NCBI GenBank assembly: GCA_964499445.1
Contig: CAZCLE010000001.1
Span: 29,615-93,614 of the forward strand
Length of the DNA stretch: 64,000 nt
Source of the DNA: an uncultured Dehalococcoidales bacterium
GTDB taxonomy: Bacteria; Chloroflexota; Dehalococcoidia; Dehalococcoidales; GCA-2688105
Reading direction: 5' to 3'
Below the pieces are notes generated by a model. That model saw nothing but the letters and a program-made list of their open reading frames with translations. It was not told the DNA's origin and did no database searches. This document shows positions 63,910 through 64,000 of the stretch, in pieces. The first letter of the stretch is position 1. Each line of letters starts with the position of its first letter. The position numbers and the translations under genes were made by a program.

Positions 63910-64000
63910 CTATACCCTCCATATCTGAATTGCATTAAGGGGGCAGGCTCGAGCGCAATCACCACAACCCTGACAAACAGACGGGTCAGTCATAGGTCTC
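63910..64000 (-). CDS. C-terminal end of a 4Fe-4S ferredoxin-domain protein. The 5' part lies outside the window.
   Basis: My translation of the minus strand from the window edge is ...RPMTDPSVCQGCGDCARACPLNAIQIWRV*. CxxCxxCxxxCP is a ferredoxin motif. An internal ATG alternative would give only about 27 aa. Confidence 0.4.
   Translation of the reverse strand, partial: RPMTDPSVCQGCGDCARACPLNAIQIWRV

Overview
This 64-kb window looks like a bacterial chromosomal segment with about 60 protein genes. Its gene content (Thi4 and ThiC behind a TPP riboswitch, PdxST, a membrane pyrophosphatase, NuoEF-type flavoproteins, many PAS/Fe-S sensor proteins) suggests an anaerobe, possibly Chloroflexota/Dehalococcoidia-like. 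That taxon is inference only.

Housekeeping genes: mrp (partial), yggS, def, tRNA-Pro(GGG), glcD-like, thiC-thi4, pdxST, tmk, mnmA, rnhB, yraN, thiE, hppA, glyQS, sbcD, csp, ade and a NuoE/F/G-like operon.

Accessory or unusual content:
1. A roughly 9-kb same-strand regulatory cluster at 15.1-24.3 kb. It combines a short sigma-54-like gene, an NtrC-type activator and a [FeFe]-hydrogenase-like histidine kinase. A second kinase shares a 609-bp identical transmitter with the first. Two near-identical receiver domains are fused to a GltD/NfnB-like oxidoreductase and to a duplicated Cys4 domain. A canonical-spacing -24/-12 promoter sits in front of the last gene. This is my best candidate for an undescribed system.
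2. A 2.4-kb AT-rich islet bounded by a 45-bp direct repeat of the tRNA-Pro 3' half. It carries only a Z1-domain P-loop NTPase.
3. An AcnX + split UxaA/SuyAB-like + LarA-like operon.
4. An AT-rich insertion whose 377-codon unknown ORF reads in frame into tmk.
5. An AT-rich R-M islet next to the stump of an older methyltransferase gene.
6. A dispersed family of G-rich hairpin (MITE/REP-like) repeats at 8 or more intergenic sites between 32.7 and 56.3 kb.

I saw no rRNA, CRISPR array, transposase or integrase. All functional calls rest on motifs I recognised by eye in the ORF-track translations. No database search was run.
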